Positions 44,866 through 54,784 are shown, numbered from the stretch's first letter. The stretch is DNA of 64,000 nucleotides from an uncultured Acidobacteriota bacterium (GCA_963796275.1 CAWCKY010000004.1:352001-416000), one strand, 5' to 3'. Notes: generated by a model not told the origin, from the sequence alone. Numbers and translations are program-made.

Positions 44866-45123
44866 AGGCCCCGGTCGTCGCTTTATCACGCTACCCCTCA
44901 GCGCGACCGATTTCCGGTCTTCCCGGTCTAGGTTTCGCCATCGACAGGCAGGCTCACCGACCTTACCCGGCCGAATCGAGTTGGTTATCCTACGGACTGA
45001 TCGTTCACCTCCTGTTGCTCCCCACCTCGCCTCGTGGCGACGCAGTTACATTCGGTTACAGGCCGGAGAGCGTATGCCTGGAGAGGACTTTCACCTCACT
45101 GATCAACGCGCTTTCAGGCGCAC
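44866..45123 (-). mobile_element. 5' fragment (domain I) of a group II intron; no RT ORF and no domain V/VI
   Basis: Starts GTGCG at 45123; GAGGTGAAAGTCCTC hairpin, then GTAACTGCGTCGCC...GGTGGGGAGCAAC and CCGTAGGATAAC...GATTCGGCCG blocks typical of bacterial group II 5' ends. Confidence 0.75.
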
Positions 45124-45127
45124 CTAT

Positions 45128-45227
45128 CGCCCACTTCGTGGGCTAGCTATCATTTTCGACATCGTACCCAGGGTTCCGCGCAAATGCGCTCCACCTGGGC
45201 TTTATTCTTACGCCCGTTTCACGGGCT
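45128..45227. repeat. REP-like doublet with central hairpin
   Basis: CGCCCACTTCGTGGGCT (45128-45144) and CGCCCGTTTCACGGGCT (45211-45227) flank CCCAGG...CCTGGG (45167-45199). Confidence 0.72.
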
Positions 45228-45553
45228 GATATAGGCTAGACAAATTCCGGAGGGGGTGGCTGAATAAAAAGCATAGCACAATCCTCATCAGATCGTGCTG
45301 CACATTCAACCGATGATCTATGACATCACCCCGAGATGTGGGGGCCCCGTAGCATTCTCAATGCTGAAGTACAAGCTTTCAGATTGGCAGTTTGATGAAC
45401 CCGCCCGATGGGACGGGCATTTAGCCTTTGACAGCTTGCTCCATTAGAAGGCCGGGGCCATAAGATAAAGGGTTGAATGATGACGGTTTCACTGCTACTC
45501 TCTGGCCCTCACATTACTGCATTCAATAACAATTCAGAAGGAGTAAAAGACCA

Positions 45554-46732
45554 GTGAAAAACGCCTTTGATGACTTTTTCTATCCATATGCCGCAAAGTT
45601 GTCAATGATGCTTTGCCTCGCGATAACTATCTCCGGGCAAAACTTCGGGCAGAATCCAACTACACCAAGCCAGCCGGTCGCTCCCGCGCAGCCGGTCGAA
45701 TTGAAAGCGCCGGACGGTTTCAAAGTCTCGGTCTTCGCCTCCGACCTCGCCAGCGCGCGGTTAATGGCGGTCAGTCCCGACGGCGTCCTCTATGTCGCAC
45801 GCCAAACGAAAGGCGATGTCGTCGCCCTCCCCGATCTGAATAAGGACGGCCGCGCCGACAAAATGGATATCATCGCCAGCGGCCTGACTCGCCCTCACAG
45901 TCTGGCTTTCCACAAAGGATACCTCTATATCGCGACCAACCCTGCTGTCTTTCGTCTCAAGTACACGGCCGGTAAGACGGACCAAACACCAGAAAAGGTG
46001 GTCGATCTGCCGGTATCGACCACGTCGCATTGGACGCGCACCATCGGTTTCGGTCCCGATGGCAAGATGTACGTCGCGATCGGCTCATCGTGCAACGTCT
46101 GTGAAGAAGAGGACGCCCGCCGTACGACTATCATGCAATACAATGCCGATGGCAGCGGCGGACGGGCCTATGCCAAAGGGCTTCGCAATGCGATTGGTTT
46201 CGATTGGGACCCCCAAACCCGCGCGATGTGGGCGGACGATATGGGGCAGGACAGACTCGGCGAAGAGAAGCCTGCCGATGAGATCAACCGTATCGAAGAC
46301 GGCAAGCATTACGGCTGGCCGTACTTCATCGAGAAGAACGAACCGAATCCAGACCTGAAAGACCCGAAAGGCTCGCTCAAGCCTGAGCAAGCGACGCCGC
46401 CCGCATTGGCATTGCAGCCACATGCGTCGCCGATCGATCTGCGCTTCTACAAAGGCAACAAATTTCCCGCGGCATATCGCAACGCGATGTTTGTCGCGCT
46501 GCACGGCTCCGCCCCGGCAAATCGCAAAGAGAAGATCGGCTACAAAGTCGTGCGCGTCGTGGTGAAAGACGGGCGCGCCACGGGCGTTGAAGACTTCGTC
46601 ACCGGCTGGTTGAAAGACGGCCAGGTGCTCGGGCGCCCGGCCGGCATGATTACGGGGGCAGACGGCGCGTTATACATATCCGACGACAACAAAGGTTTTA
46701 TCTATCGAGTGAGTTACGAAGGGAAGAAGTGA
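45554..46732 (+). CDS. PQQ-dependent sugar/sorbosone dehydrogenase family
   Basis: HWTRTIGFGPDGKMYVAIGSSCN, GLRNAIG, YGWP, HASP, ALHGS, GRP...DGALYISDD. Confidence 0.9.
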   Translation: MKNAFDDFFYPYAAKLSMMLCLAITISGQNFGQNPTTPSQPVAPAQPVELKAPDGFKVSVFASDLASARLMAVSPDGVLYVARQTKGDVVALPDLNKDGRADKMDIIASGLTRPHSLAFHKGYLYIATNPAVFRLKYTAGKTDQTPEKVVDLPVSTTSHWTRTIGFGPDGKMYVAIGSSCNVCEEEDARRTTIMQYNADGSGGRAYAKGLRNAIGFDWDPQTRAMWADDMGQDRLGEEKPADEINRIEDGKHYGWPYFIEKNEPNPDLKDPKGSLKPEQATPPALALQPHASPIDLRFYKGNKFPAAYRNAMFVALHGSAPANRKEKIGYKVVRVVVKDGRATGVEDFVTGWLKDGQVLGRPAGMITGADGALYISDDNKGFIYRVSYEGKK

Positions 46733-46748
46733 TCTCTCTTCATTTTCT

Positions 46749-47978
46749 TCATCCCTTCACACAGACCACCTGCCGCAACGTGTGTGCGATCTCGACCAGA
46801 TCGCTTTGAGCGGCCATGACGTCCTCGATGTTTTTGTATGCCGCCGGCGTCTCGTCGATCACGTCCTCGTCCTTGCGGCATTCGATGCCAGCGGTCGCGG
46901 CTTCGTGATCGGCCGTAGTAAAACGGCGCTTTGCCTCGTTGCGCGACATCGCGCGGCCCGCGCCGTGCGAGCAGCTCATGAAGCTTTCGGGATTGCCCAA
47001 ACCGCGCACGATGTACGAGCGCGCGCCCATCGAGCCGGGAATGATACCCATATCGCCGGTACGCGCGCGCACCGCGCCTTTGCGCGTGACGAAGACCTCT
47101 TCGCCGTAATGTTCCTCGATCGCGACATAGTTGTGATGACAGTTGACCGCGGTCTCGGTCAACTCGAACTTGGGGACTTCGCCTGAGCTCGCGATCGCAT
47201 CAACGATCTGCTCCATCATCAGCTTGCGGTTGTACAGCGCGAACTCCTGGGCCCAGTGGACAGCCTCGACATAATCGTCGAAATGCTCAGTGCCCTCGTT
47301 GAAATACGCGAGGTCTTTGTCGGGGAGGTTTGCGATGTGCTGCCGCATATCATTCTTCGCCATCTCGATGAAGAACGTGCCGATGCGATTGCCCACGCCG
47401 CGCGAGCCGCTGTGAAGCATGAACCAGACCTGATCGTTCTCGTCCAGGCAAACCTCGATGAAGTGATTGCCGGTGCCGAGCGTGCCCAGATGGTTGACGT
47501 TATTGCCGCGATCGAGCTTCGGATACTTCTCGACGATCGCCTTGTAGCCGATCTGAAGCTGCCGCCATACACCCTGCTGGCGGCGCGGGATATCGCTCCA
47601 GGCGCCCTTGTCGCGCCTGCCGCCGTTGTCGGTCCTACCGTGCGGCACGGCCTTCTCGATCGCGCGGCGGATATTGCGCAGGTTGTCCGGCAGATGATTC
47701 GCGTTCAAAGTAGTCTGCACAGCCATCATCCCGCAACCAATATCGACCCCAACAGCTGCCGGAATGATCGCGCCTTTGGTCGGAATGACGCTTCCCACGG
47801 TGGCGCCGATACCCCAATGAACGTCGGGCATCGCGGCAACCCACTTATAGACGAATGGGAGATGGGCGACGTTCAAAAGCTGCTTCTTTGCTTCGTCCTC
47901 CAACTTTACGCCTTTCGTCCAGGCCTTGATCGTAACGCCCGTACCAACTTCGATAAGGTTATATTTGGTATTGCTCAT
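46749..47978 (-). CDS. rtcB: RNA 2',3'-cyclic phosphate/5'-OH ligase
   Basis: MPDVHWG, VGVDIGCG, GTGNHF, LHSGSRG, HHNY, RKGA, PGSMG, SHGAGR, DETPAAYK. Confidence 0.96.
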   Translation of the reverse strand: MSNTKYNLIEVGTGVTIKAWTKGVKLEDEAKKQLLNVAHLPFVYKWVAAMPDVHWGIGATVGSVIPTKGAIIPAAVGVDIGCGMMAVQTTLNANHLPDNLRNIRRAIEKAVPHGRTDNGGRRDKGAWSDIPRRQQGVWRQLQIGYKAIVEKYPKLDRGNNVNHLGTLGTGNHFIEVCLDENDQVWFMLHSGSRGVGNRIGTFFIEMAKNDMRQHIANLPDKDLAYFNEGTEHFDDYVEAVHWAQEFALYNRKLMMEQIVDAIASSGEVPKFELTETAVNCHHNYVAIEEHYGEEVFVTRKGAVRARTGDMGIIPGSMGARSYIVRGLGNPESFMSCSHGAGRAMSRNEAKRRFTTADHEAATAGIECRKDEDVIDETPAAYKNIEDVMAAQSDLVEIAHTLRQVVCVKG

Positions 47979-48153
47979 AAGTTCTATTCTCTCGTATTGA
48001 TCATTTCTCTAGTCAGCCCATTCAGATCAGCGGCAAATCCAACTTGCCTCTTCTCATATCTTCCCAAGCCAGTCGCGTCTCGTCAAAATGGTCGTTAACG
48101 ACAGCCGGCATCTGCCGAACTGATAATTTTAACCCTATTTCAAACTTTTCGGA

Positions 48154-48262
48154 TCATTCCCTAAAAGTAATAATCATGCGGTAGCCATCAAAACGCCCGC
48201 TGCGCATGCAGCACTTCTTGAAACCGGCGACCGGAACCGAGCCTGGATCGTCGCCGCCCACA
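48154..48262 (-). pseudogene. Degraded SEC-C (zinc-binding) small protein remnant upstream of rtcB
   Basis: Pieces in different frames: GGDDP, GSGRR, FKKCCMRSGRFDG, HDYY/FRE*; matches GRNDPCPCGSGxxFKKCC with CPC lost. Confidence 0.55.
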
Positions 48263-48515
48263 GTTCTATTGGACAGGCTGCGCAAGTATCTGGCGAGATT
48301 CGGCCTGCAATGGGGCCAGCTCTCTTGATCGCTCAAACTCGATATGCTACGGTTCGACAAGATTCATCTCGAAAGGTCGCAACGCATTTGCTCAAACCAG
48401 TCGATATTCGAATAGATGAAACCCGAGTTTAGCGACGGCGTCATCTGAGATATCAATATTGAATTTTGAGGTCTCGATGACTCTCTCGCCAACTCTCGAG
48501 GTTTGCGGAGGAGAT

Positions 48516-50234
48516 GTGCAGAGGAAAAACTCTCTGACCAAAAAGGTTTACGACGTGATCATCATCGGCTCCGGCGCATCCGGCGGGATGGCGGCGAAAG
48601 AGCTGACCGAACGCGGCTTCGAAGTGCTTGTGCTCGAAGCGGGACCGCCCATCGATCCGTTGCGCGATTTCGCGATGAACAAATTCGCCTATGAATCGAT
48701 GTACAGAGGGTTCGGCCCGCCGGGCTGGAAGCAGCGCGAGCAGTGGATGCAGGATACAGCAGGCGAATTCAGCCGCCACTTCTACATCAAAGACACGGAA
48801 CACCCCTACACTACCGACCCGGGGAAACCTTTCCTCTGGGTACGCGCACGCATCGTCGGAGGAAAGACGCTCCATTGGGGGAGGTTGTCTTGGCGGTTCT
48901 CTGATCTCGATTTCAAGGCTGCAAGCAAAGACGGGTTCGATGCCGACTGGCCGATCGAATACAAAGAGATCGAGCCATACTATGACAAAGCGGAGGAATG
49001 GATCGGGGTGAGCGGCAACAGGGATGGCCTCTGGTGGCAGCCCGATGGAAAATATCTTCCGCCGATGGGATTCAATTGCGGTGAACTGCGATTGAAGAAT
49101 GGCGCGGGGAAACTGGGCATCAAGTTGATTCAGGCGCGCGTCGCGATGCTGACGGCGGTCAAGCCGCACCACTCCAAATACGGGCGCGCGCGGTGCCATT
49201 ATTGCGGAAGTTGCGGCAACGGCTGCTCCGTCGGCGCAATGTTCAATTCGCTGTCATCGACTCTGCCGGCGGCCAGGGAGACGGGGCGCATGACTCTGCG
49301 GCCCAATTCGATCGTCCGCCAGATCCAGGTGGATCCGCAAACAGGCAGAGCGAGCGGAGTGGCCGTGGTCGATCGCGTCACTCGTCAGGAACTCGAGTTT
49401 TCCGGCAAAGTGATCATCGTCGCGGCATCGACGCTCGAGTCGACGCGCATACTCCTCAATTCGAAATCGCGGCAGCACCCCAACGGGTTGGGTAATTCGT
49501 CAGGTGCGCTCGGGCATTACCTGGTCGATCATTTCGGAGGGACCGGAGCGGCCGGACTCTTTCCGATGTTCGCCGGACGCGACACGCTGAACGAAGACGG
49601 GAAGTCATCGGGCATCTTCGTTCCGCGATTCCGCAACCTCGATCAGGCGACCAAACAAGCGAGATTCATTCGCGGGTATGGATTTGAAGGCGGATCGGCC
49701 ATCGGCGCATTTCCGGGCGTCGCGCGTAGATATGCGGGGATCGGCAGCGAATTTAAAAAACAGGTCCGCCGCTGGTACGTGACTACCGTAGGCCTCACCA
49801 CGCGCGCTCATATGCTATCGCGCTACGAAAATTTCGTCGAAATCGATCCCGACGGCGTGGTCGATGCCTGGGGCATCCCGGTCCTTAAGGTTCACATTCA
49901 ACATTCGGACAACGAACGCGAGATGGGCAAAGACGCCTCCGAGATGGCCGAAGCCATATTACGCGAGGCCGGAGCGCAGGAGATCAGCGTCTTCCGCCAA
50001 TTGACCGTTCCGGGTCGCATCATTCACGAGCTCGGCACGGCACGAATGGGCAGCGACCCCAGGAAATCGGTTCTGAACAGATACAACCAGATGCACGACG
50101 TCAAAAACGTCTTCGTGACCGATGGCGCGGCGTTCGTAGGCGCGGCCAATCAAAACCCGACGTTGACGATCCTGGCGCTAACTATGCGCGCCTGTGAATA
50201 CATGGCTGAAGGCCTGAAACGCGGGGACTTGTAG
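48516..50234 (+). CDS. GMC family oxidoreductase
   Basis: [44 protein letters not shown]; GTG 48516 after GGAGGAG. Confidence 0.92.
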   Translation: MQRKNSLTKKVYDVIIIGSGASGGMAAKELTERGFEVLVLEAGPPIDPLRDFAMNKFAYESMYRGFGPPGWKQREQWMQDTAGEFSRHFYIKDTEHPYTTDPGKPFLWVRARIVGGKTLHWGRLSWRFSDLDFKAASKDGFDADWPIEYKEIEPYYDKAEEWIGVSGNRDGLWWQPDGKYLPPMGFNCGELRLKNGAGKLGIKLIQARVAMLTAVKPHHSKYGRARCHYCGSCGNGCSVGAMFNSLSSTLPAARETGRMTLRPNSIVRQIQVDPQTGRASGVAVVDRVTRQELEFSGKVIIVAASTLESTRILLNSKSRQHPNGLGNSSGALGHYLVDHFGGTGAAGLFPMFAGRDTLNEDGKSSGIFVPRFRNLDQATKQARFIRGYGFEGGSAIGAFPGVARRYAGIGSEFKKQVRRWYVTTVGLTTRAHMLSRYENFVEIDPDGVVDAWGIPVLKVHIQHSDNEREMGKDASEMAEAILREAGAQEISVFRQLTVPGRIIHELGTARMGSDPRKSVLNRYNQMHDVKNVFVTDGAAFVGAANQNPTLTILALTMRACEYMAEGLKRGDL

Positions 50235-50264
50235 CAATGGATAATTGATAATGGATATTCGATA

Positions 50265-50858
50265 ATGTTCAGACAAACCAAATCCGTCAAAAAATTAGCC
50301 AGGCTGTATTCCATCCACGCATTGCCTTCGGGGCGCGATTTCTCCGGAGTGATCGAGTCCGGGAGGGCCAAATATCAATTCACTTTCTCGCCCCAAACCG
50401 CGGCGATCGTCGATCGTAAGCTGGTTCTGGCGGGAAGCGTCACGGTGATGGCGCCGAAAGGTGGAAAGCGATCTATCGATAAAGTTCAGGCGACGCTGCT
50501 CGCTACTCAGGGCAGCGCCGGTCCGCCGCCTCCCGCGCCGCGCTCTATCGCTCCTCCGGCCAGACCTGCCATGACGAGCGTTTCGCTTCCGGTTACCGAG
50601 GCGACCGGGGATTTCAGCTCGATCGGAGTTATCTATTTCAAATTATCGGGTCTGGAGGGGAAGGCAACCGGCCTGCCGTTCGATCTCAGCAATACCCAGC
50701 TCAACGCGCGCCTCTATTCGACATCCGAGGTCGAGCGTGATCTGAACTGGCTCTATTCCGCGCTGGTCAGAGCGACTCTGGCTGAAACTCCGGACGAAAA
50801 AATCGCCTCGATCTATTTAGATGAAATCAATCGCATTTTGAAGGATACTGAGAGATAG
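50265..50858 (+). CDS. Hypothetical protein
   Basis: 197-aa ORF in operon orientation; no recognised motif. Confidence 0.65.
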   Translation: MFRQTKSVKKLARLYSIHALPSGRDFSGVIESGRAKYQFTFSPQTAAIVDRKLVLAGSVTVMAPKGGKRSIDKVQATLLATQGSAGPPPPAPRSIAPPARPAMTSVSLPVTEATGDFSSIGVIYFKLSGLEGKATGLPFDLSNTQLNARLYSTSEVERDLNWLYSALVRATLAETPDEKIASIYLDEINRILKDTER

Positions 50859-50923
50859 CGGAAGCGCGTGCGAGAGGCAACCTAGCCACAAATCTCAAAA
50901 TAATCGGCGAGGAGGATTAACCA

Positions 50924-51376
50924 ATGAGAATCCTACTAGCTGTTGACGGCTCTGATTGCAGCAAAGCTGCAGTGCAGGCTGTCGCCGAGCGCCCATGGCC
51001 AGCAGGAAGCCAAATCAAAATACTTTCTGTTGTCGAACCGCAATATGTCCCGTCAACCGACGCATGGGTACTGCCGGAGAACTACTATCTCGAAATCGAC
51101 CAGGCTGCCCGCGATCTGGCGCAATCGGCGATCGCCTATGCCGTCGAGCAGATCAAAACCAGCGATGTCGCAAATTTGACGATCTGCACCGAAGTGAAGG
51201 ATGGACTGGCGAAAGATATCATCCTTGAAGAGGCCGATAAGTGGCGCGCCGAACTCGTCCTGCTCGGGTGTCACGATTACAAAGGGCTGAAAAAATTTCT
51301 GCTCGGCTCGGTCTCACACGCGGTGGCCGCACACGCACATTGCTCGGTCGAAATCGTACGGCATCGGGAAAATTGA
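50924..51376 (+). CDS. Universal stress protein
   Basis: MRILLAVDGS, FLLGSVSHAVAAHAHCSVEIVR. Confidence 0.92.
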   Translation: MRILLAVDGSDCSKAAVQAVAERPWPAGSQIKILSVVEPQYVPSTDAWVLPENYYLEIDQAARDLAQSAIAYAVEQIKTSDVANLTICTEVKDGLAKDIILEEADKWRAELVLLGCHDYKGLKKFLLGSVSHAVAAHAHCSVEIVRHREN

Positions 51377-51451
51377 TAATGGATAATTCGGATAGACTGG
51401 TGCAGCCAACGATACGAATTATCAATTATCCATTATCAATTATCGATTATC
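51371..51451. repeat. Heptamer-array palindrome (AATTGAT/AATGGAT) / (AATTATC)n
   Basis: Same family as 31458, 50236-50267 (single arm) and 58092. Confidence 0.75.
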
Positions 51452-51515
51452 CTGCAATTGATTATTATGCCCGGTTGACCGATACTCCGGCGCAATACTA
51501 AGTCCAATACGGAAG

Positions 51516-52847
51516 GTGCAAATGGATCAACAGATTGCTGAAAAAGTAGTTCAACCGTCGTATGCAGCGACGCTCGACCAGCCCACACGCGCGCGCTATT
51601 GGGTCATCTTCTTTGCCGTCACGCTGGCAGTCATCACATACATCGATCGCGTCTGCATCTCACAAGCAGCGCCATATATCTCGGCGGATCTGGGACTGAC
51701 TAAAGACCAGATGGGATTGGCCTTCTCGGCCTTCGGCATTGCCTATGCTCTTTTCGAGATACCCGGCGGCTGGCTGGGGGACCGATTCGGGGCGCGTAAG
51801 GTGTTGATGCGCGTCGTTGTCTGGTGGTCGCTCTTCACCGCCGCGACCGGCTGGGTCTGGAACTATCCTTCTCTGCTGGTGACCCGTTTCTTATTCGGCG
51901 CTGGCGAGGCGGGATGTTTCCCCAATATCACCAAGGCTTTCATGTGCTGGCTGCCGAAGTCCGAACGCGTACGAGCGCAGGGCATTATGTGGCTGAGCGC
52001 ACGCTGGGGAGGCGCCTTCACCCCTCTCCTCGTAGCTATCATACTGACTCAGCTCTCATGGCGGTGGTCATTCTTAATTTTCGGGTTTCTCGGCATCATC
52101 TGGGCATTCTTCTTTTACCGATGGTTTCGCGACAACCCGCACAAACACCACAGCGTCAACGAGGCAGAGAAAGCGATCCTTCCGTCTCAGGAAACCGTAA
52201 TGGCTTCCCACGGGAATCCCCCTTGGGCGAAATTTCTGCAATCCAGGACTGTCTGGCTGCTCTGGGCACAATACATTTTCCTCTCTTACGGTTGGTATTT
52301 CTACATCACCTGGTTGCCGACCTATCTCAAAGAGGCGCGCGGCACGTCAATGGAGATGGGCGCGCTGCTGGCCATTCTACCTTTATTTTTTGGCGGAATA
52401 GGGTCGATGTTCAGCGGCTATCTCTCGACCTATCTGGAAAATCGTACCGGTAATGTCAAGTTGGTGCGTCGCTGGCTCGCGGGTATCGGTTTCTTCGGGG
52501 CAGCAGTACTTATATCTCTCTCGGTCAACATCGAGAATCCCTTGATGGCGATGATCGCTATGGGTATGGCCAGCTTCTCAAACGATCTGGCGATGCCGCC
52601 GAGCTGGGCCGCCTGCATGGACGTCGGAGGCAAATATGCCGGCACCCTATCGGGAAGTATGAATATGATGGGAAACCTGGGCGGAGCAATTGGACCGGCA
52701 GTGGTGGGTTACATCCTTCAATCGACCAATGACAATTGGGCCCTGACCTTCTACATCGCCGCCGCCGTCTATTTTATGGGGATATTCTGCTGGATGTTTA
52801 TCGACCCGGTCACGCCGATCGAAGATGAAACCCCGGCTGCAAGTTGA
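51516..52847 (+). CDS. MFS transporter, anion:cation symporter (sugar acid) type
   Basis: YIDRVCIS, EIPGGWLGDRFGARK, RFLFGAGEAGCFP, TWLPTYL, GSMNMMGNLGG. Confidence 0.9.
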   Translation: MQMDQQIAEKVVQPSYAATLDQPTRARYWVIFFAVTLAVITYIDRVCISQAAPYISADLGLTKDQMGLAFSAFGIAYALFEIPGGWLGDRFGARKVLMRVVVWWSLFTAATGWVWNYPSLLVTRFLFGAGEAGCFPNITKAFMCWLPKSERVRAQGIMWLSARWGGAFTPLLVAIILTQLSWRWSFLIFGFLGIIWAFFFYRWFRDNPHKHHSVNEAEKAILPSQETVMASHGNPPWAKFLQSRTVWLLWAQYIFLSYGWYFYITWLPTYLKEARGTSMEMGALLAILPLFFGGIGSMFSGYLSTYLENRTGNVKLVRRWLAGIGFFGAAVLISLSVNIENPLMAMIAMGMASFSNDLAMPPSWAACMDVGGKYAGTLSGSMNMMGNLGGAIGPAVVGYILQSTNDNWALTFYIAAAVYFMGIFCWMFIDPVTPIEDETPAAS

Positions 52848-52871
52848 CAAACTACTGACCCCCAATATAAT
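52844..52871 (+). promoter_or_regulatory. Consensus sigma70 promoter of the yceD-rpmF-fab operon
   Basis: TTGACA (52844-52849), N16, TATAAT (52866-52871). Confidence 0.7.
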
Positions 52872-52898
52872 TAGTCCCTTTGCGCTTCTGAGGGAAAG

Positions 52899-53369
52899 AT
52901 GATTATATCGCTGGTGCGCCTGCCTGTTGACGGGCTGAACTTCGAGCATCAATATCAGGCGGGCGAGCTCGATACTCGCAATTTTGATTTTGAAGTGCAG
53001 GAACCCCCACTGGTCACCGGACGAGTGAACCGCGTCGGAATGGATATGCGGTTGCGGGGGGACCTAGTGGCGGCGCTCGCGGTTCCCTGTGCCCGATGTT
53101 TGAAACAAGTGCCAATCCGCGTCGCTATTCCTTTCGACCTTCTTTATGCCTCCGAGGATCCGAGTGGAAGCAGGACGGGAGAGATCGAGCTGCACGCGCG
53201 GGATCTGGACTTTTCCGTTTATGAGAGAGATGAGATCGATCTCGACGCAATGGTATTGGAACAAATCGAATTGGATCTGCCGAACCGCGCGCTCTGTCGC
53301 GATGATTGCCTCGGATTGTGCCCGCAGTGCGGCATCGACCTGAATATCGACAAATGCAGTTGTCAATAA
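52899..53369 (+). CDS. yceD: DUF177/YceD family protein
   Basis: CARCL, LCRDDCLGLCPQCGIDLN; position upstream of rpmF. Confidence 0.88.
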   Translation: MIISLVRLPVDGLNFEHQYQAGELDTRNFDFEVQEPPLVTGRVNRVGMDMRLRGDLVAALAVPCARCLKQVPIRVAIPFDLLYASEDPSGSRTGEIELHARDLDFSVYERDEIDLDAMVLEQIELDLPNRALCRDDCLGLCPQCGIDLNIDKCSCQ

Positions 53370-53393
53370 TTGTTATAAATTTGGAGCTTTATT

Positions 53394-53573
53394 ATGCCTA
53401 ATCCTAAAAGACGTCACTCAAAATCGCGCAGTCGCAAGCGGCGCTCGCACGATGGGCTCAAGCCGGCTAATCTGACCGCCTGTGCCAATTGCGGCTACAT
53501 GAAACTTCCGCATCGCGTATGCAACCATTGTGGTTACTATCACGGACGCATGGTTATCAAAAAAGAAATATAA
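53394..53573 (+). CDS. rpmF: 50S ribosomal protein L32, zinc-binding form (below the ORF-track size cutoff)
   Basis: MPNPKRRHSKSRSRKRRSH...CANCGYMKLPHRVCNHCGYY; 59 aa. Confidence 0.95.
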   Translation: MPNPKRRHSKSRSRKRRSHDGLKPANLTACANCGYMKLPHRVCNHCGYYHGRMVIKKEI

Positions 53574-53604
53574 TTTGAGATATTGATCAGAGAAAGAAGG
53601 TCTA

Positions 53605-53662
53605 CCGATTGCGAGCTGCGGATGCATAATCTGCGATCCGCCATCTAGAATCGGCAATCCGC
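53605..53662. repeat. Degenerate heptamer palindrome, (GATTGCG) / (AATCCGC) type
   Basis: AATCTGC GATCCGC CATCTAG AATCGGC AATCCGC with a complementary left arm, between rpmF and plsX. Confidence 0.6.
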
Positions 53663-53677
53663 AAACGCCCTTCCCAA

Positions 53678-54703
53678 ATGCTCACCACCATAGCCGTTGA
53701 CGCCATGGGTGGGGACAATGCCCCCGCCATCGAGGTTAAAGGCGCGATTGAGGCAGCGCACGACCTACGCGCTCGCATACTTCTCGTCGGGCAAGAAGAG
53801 CGAATCCGCGCGGAATTGGAACGGCAGGGCGTTCCCAATCCCCGCAAACAACGCCTGCATATCGAAATCGTCGATGCGAGAGAAGTAATCACGATGCACG
53901 ATCCCGTGGTCCAGGCCGTACGCCGGAAACGAGATTCTTCAATTCGCGTCGCAGCCCGCCTGGTTCGCGAAGGCAGGGCACACGGCATGGTGAGCGCGGG
54001 CAACACCGGCGCGGTGATGGCGACCGCCAAGCTCATGCTCGGCACCCTTCCTTCAGTAGATCGCCCTGCGCTCGCGGGCATCTTCCCTACTCTCAAAGGC
54101 GCGGGAACTGTGCTGCTCGACGTGGGAGCCAATGCCGAATGCAAGCCGGAGCATCTCAAACAGTTCGCGATCATGGGATCGATCTATTCCCGCTCAATCC
54201 TCGGGGTGCGCCATCCCAAAGTTGGGTTAATGAGCATCGGCGAGGAGGACCTCAAAGGAAATGAGTTGACCAAAGAAACCCTGAATCTTTTGAGAACCGC
54301 GCCCATCAATTTTATCGGCAACGTGGAAGGACGTGATATGTTCACCGGAGATGTCGACGTGATAGTCTCCGATGGCTTTACGGGCAATGTCATTTTGAAA
54401 ACGAGCGAAGGACTGGTTGAAGCGATCATGGGCCTGCTCAAAACGGAACTCGGACAAACGATTCTGACACAGATCGGGGCCATGCTTTCACTCAACGCAT
54501 TCCGCAGCGTCAAGAAACGGCTGGATTATTCGGAGTTCGGCGGAGCGCCTCTGCTGGGCTGCAAACAGATCTGCGTCATCTGTCACGGCAGCTCCAATCC
54601 GAAAGCGATCCGCAATGCGATTCGCGTCGCCCGCGAGTTCTATAAAGGCAAATTGAGCGAACGCATCGAGAGCGATCTGAGTCAAATGGCAGTGAACGGT
54701 TGA
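53678..54703 (+). CDS. plsX: Phosphate acyltransferase
   Basis: IAVDAMGGDNAP, SAGNTGA, LDVGAN, DGFTGN, GGAPLLG. Confidence 0.96.
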   Translation: MLTTIAVDAMGGDNAPAIEVKGAIEAAHDLRARILLVGQEERIRAELERQGVPNPRKQRLHIEIVDAREVITMHDPVVQAVRRKRDSSIRVAARLVREGRAHGMVSAGNTGAVMATAKLMLGTLPSVDRPALAGIFPTLKGAGTVLLDVGANAECKPEHLKQFAIMGSIYSRSILGVRHPKVGLMSIGEEDLKGNELTKETLNLLRTAPINFIGNVEGRDMFTGDVDVIVSDGFTGNVILKTSEGLVEAIMGLLKTELGQTILTQIGAMLSLNAFRSVKKRLDYSEFGGAPLLGCKQICVICHGSSNPKAIRNAIRVAREFYKGKLSERIESDLSQMAVNG

Positions 54704-54704
54704 T

Positions 54705-54778
54705 AGTTTTCAGTTTTCAGCTTTCAGCGAGAACTGGAAGCTCCACCTACCGACTGAAAACTGAAAACTGAAAACTGA
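54705..54778. repeat. Heptamer-array palindrome (AGTTTTC)3 / (CTGAAAA)3
   Basis: Fills the plsX-fabD gap. Confidence 0.82.
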
Positions 54779-54784
54779 ATTTCT

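Noticed and set aside
44416-45229. ORFs 44416-44889 (-) and 44825-45229 (+)
   Set aside because: They overlap AraC, the rtcA stub and the intron RNA in non-coding frames; no reverse transcriptase motifs
45250-45275. GGGGTGGCTGAATAA as a possible IS terminal repeat
   Set aside because: No partner end, target duplication or transposase seen
48340-48445. Y RNA or tRNA-like element upstream of rtcB
   Set aside because: GCCGTCG... and GGTTCGA fragments do not assemble into a T-arm or closing stem, and no Ro60 gene is in the window; a cmscan would be needed
48453-49199. 248-aa minus-strand ORF and similar long antisense ORFs (e.g. 47256-48098, 27016-27627)
   Set aside because: Shadows of GC-rich sense genes with clear family motifs
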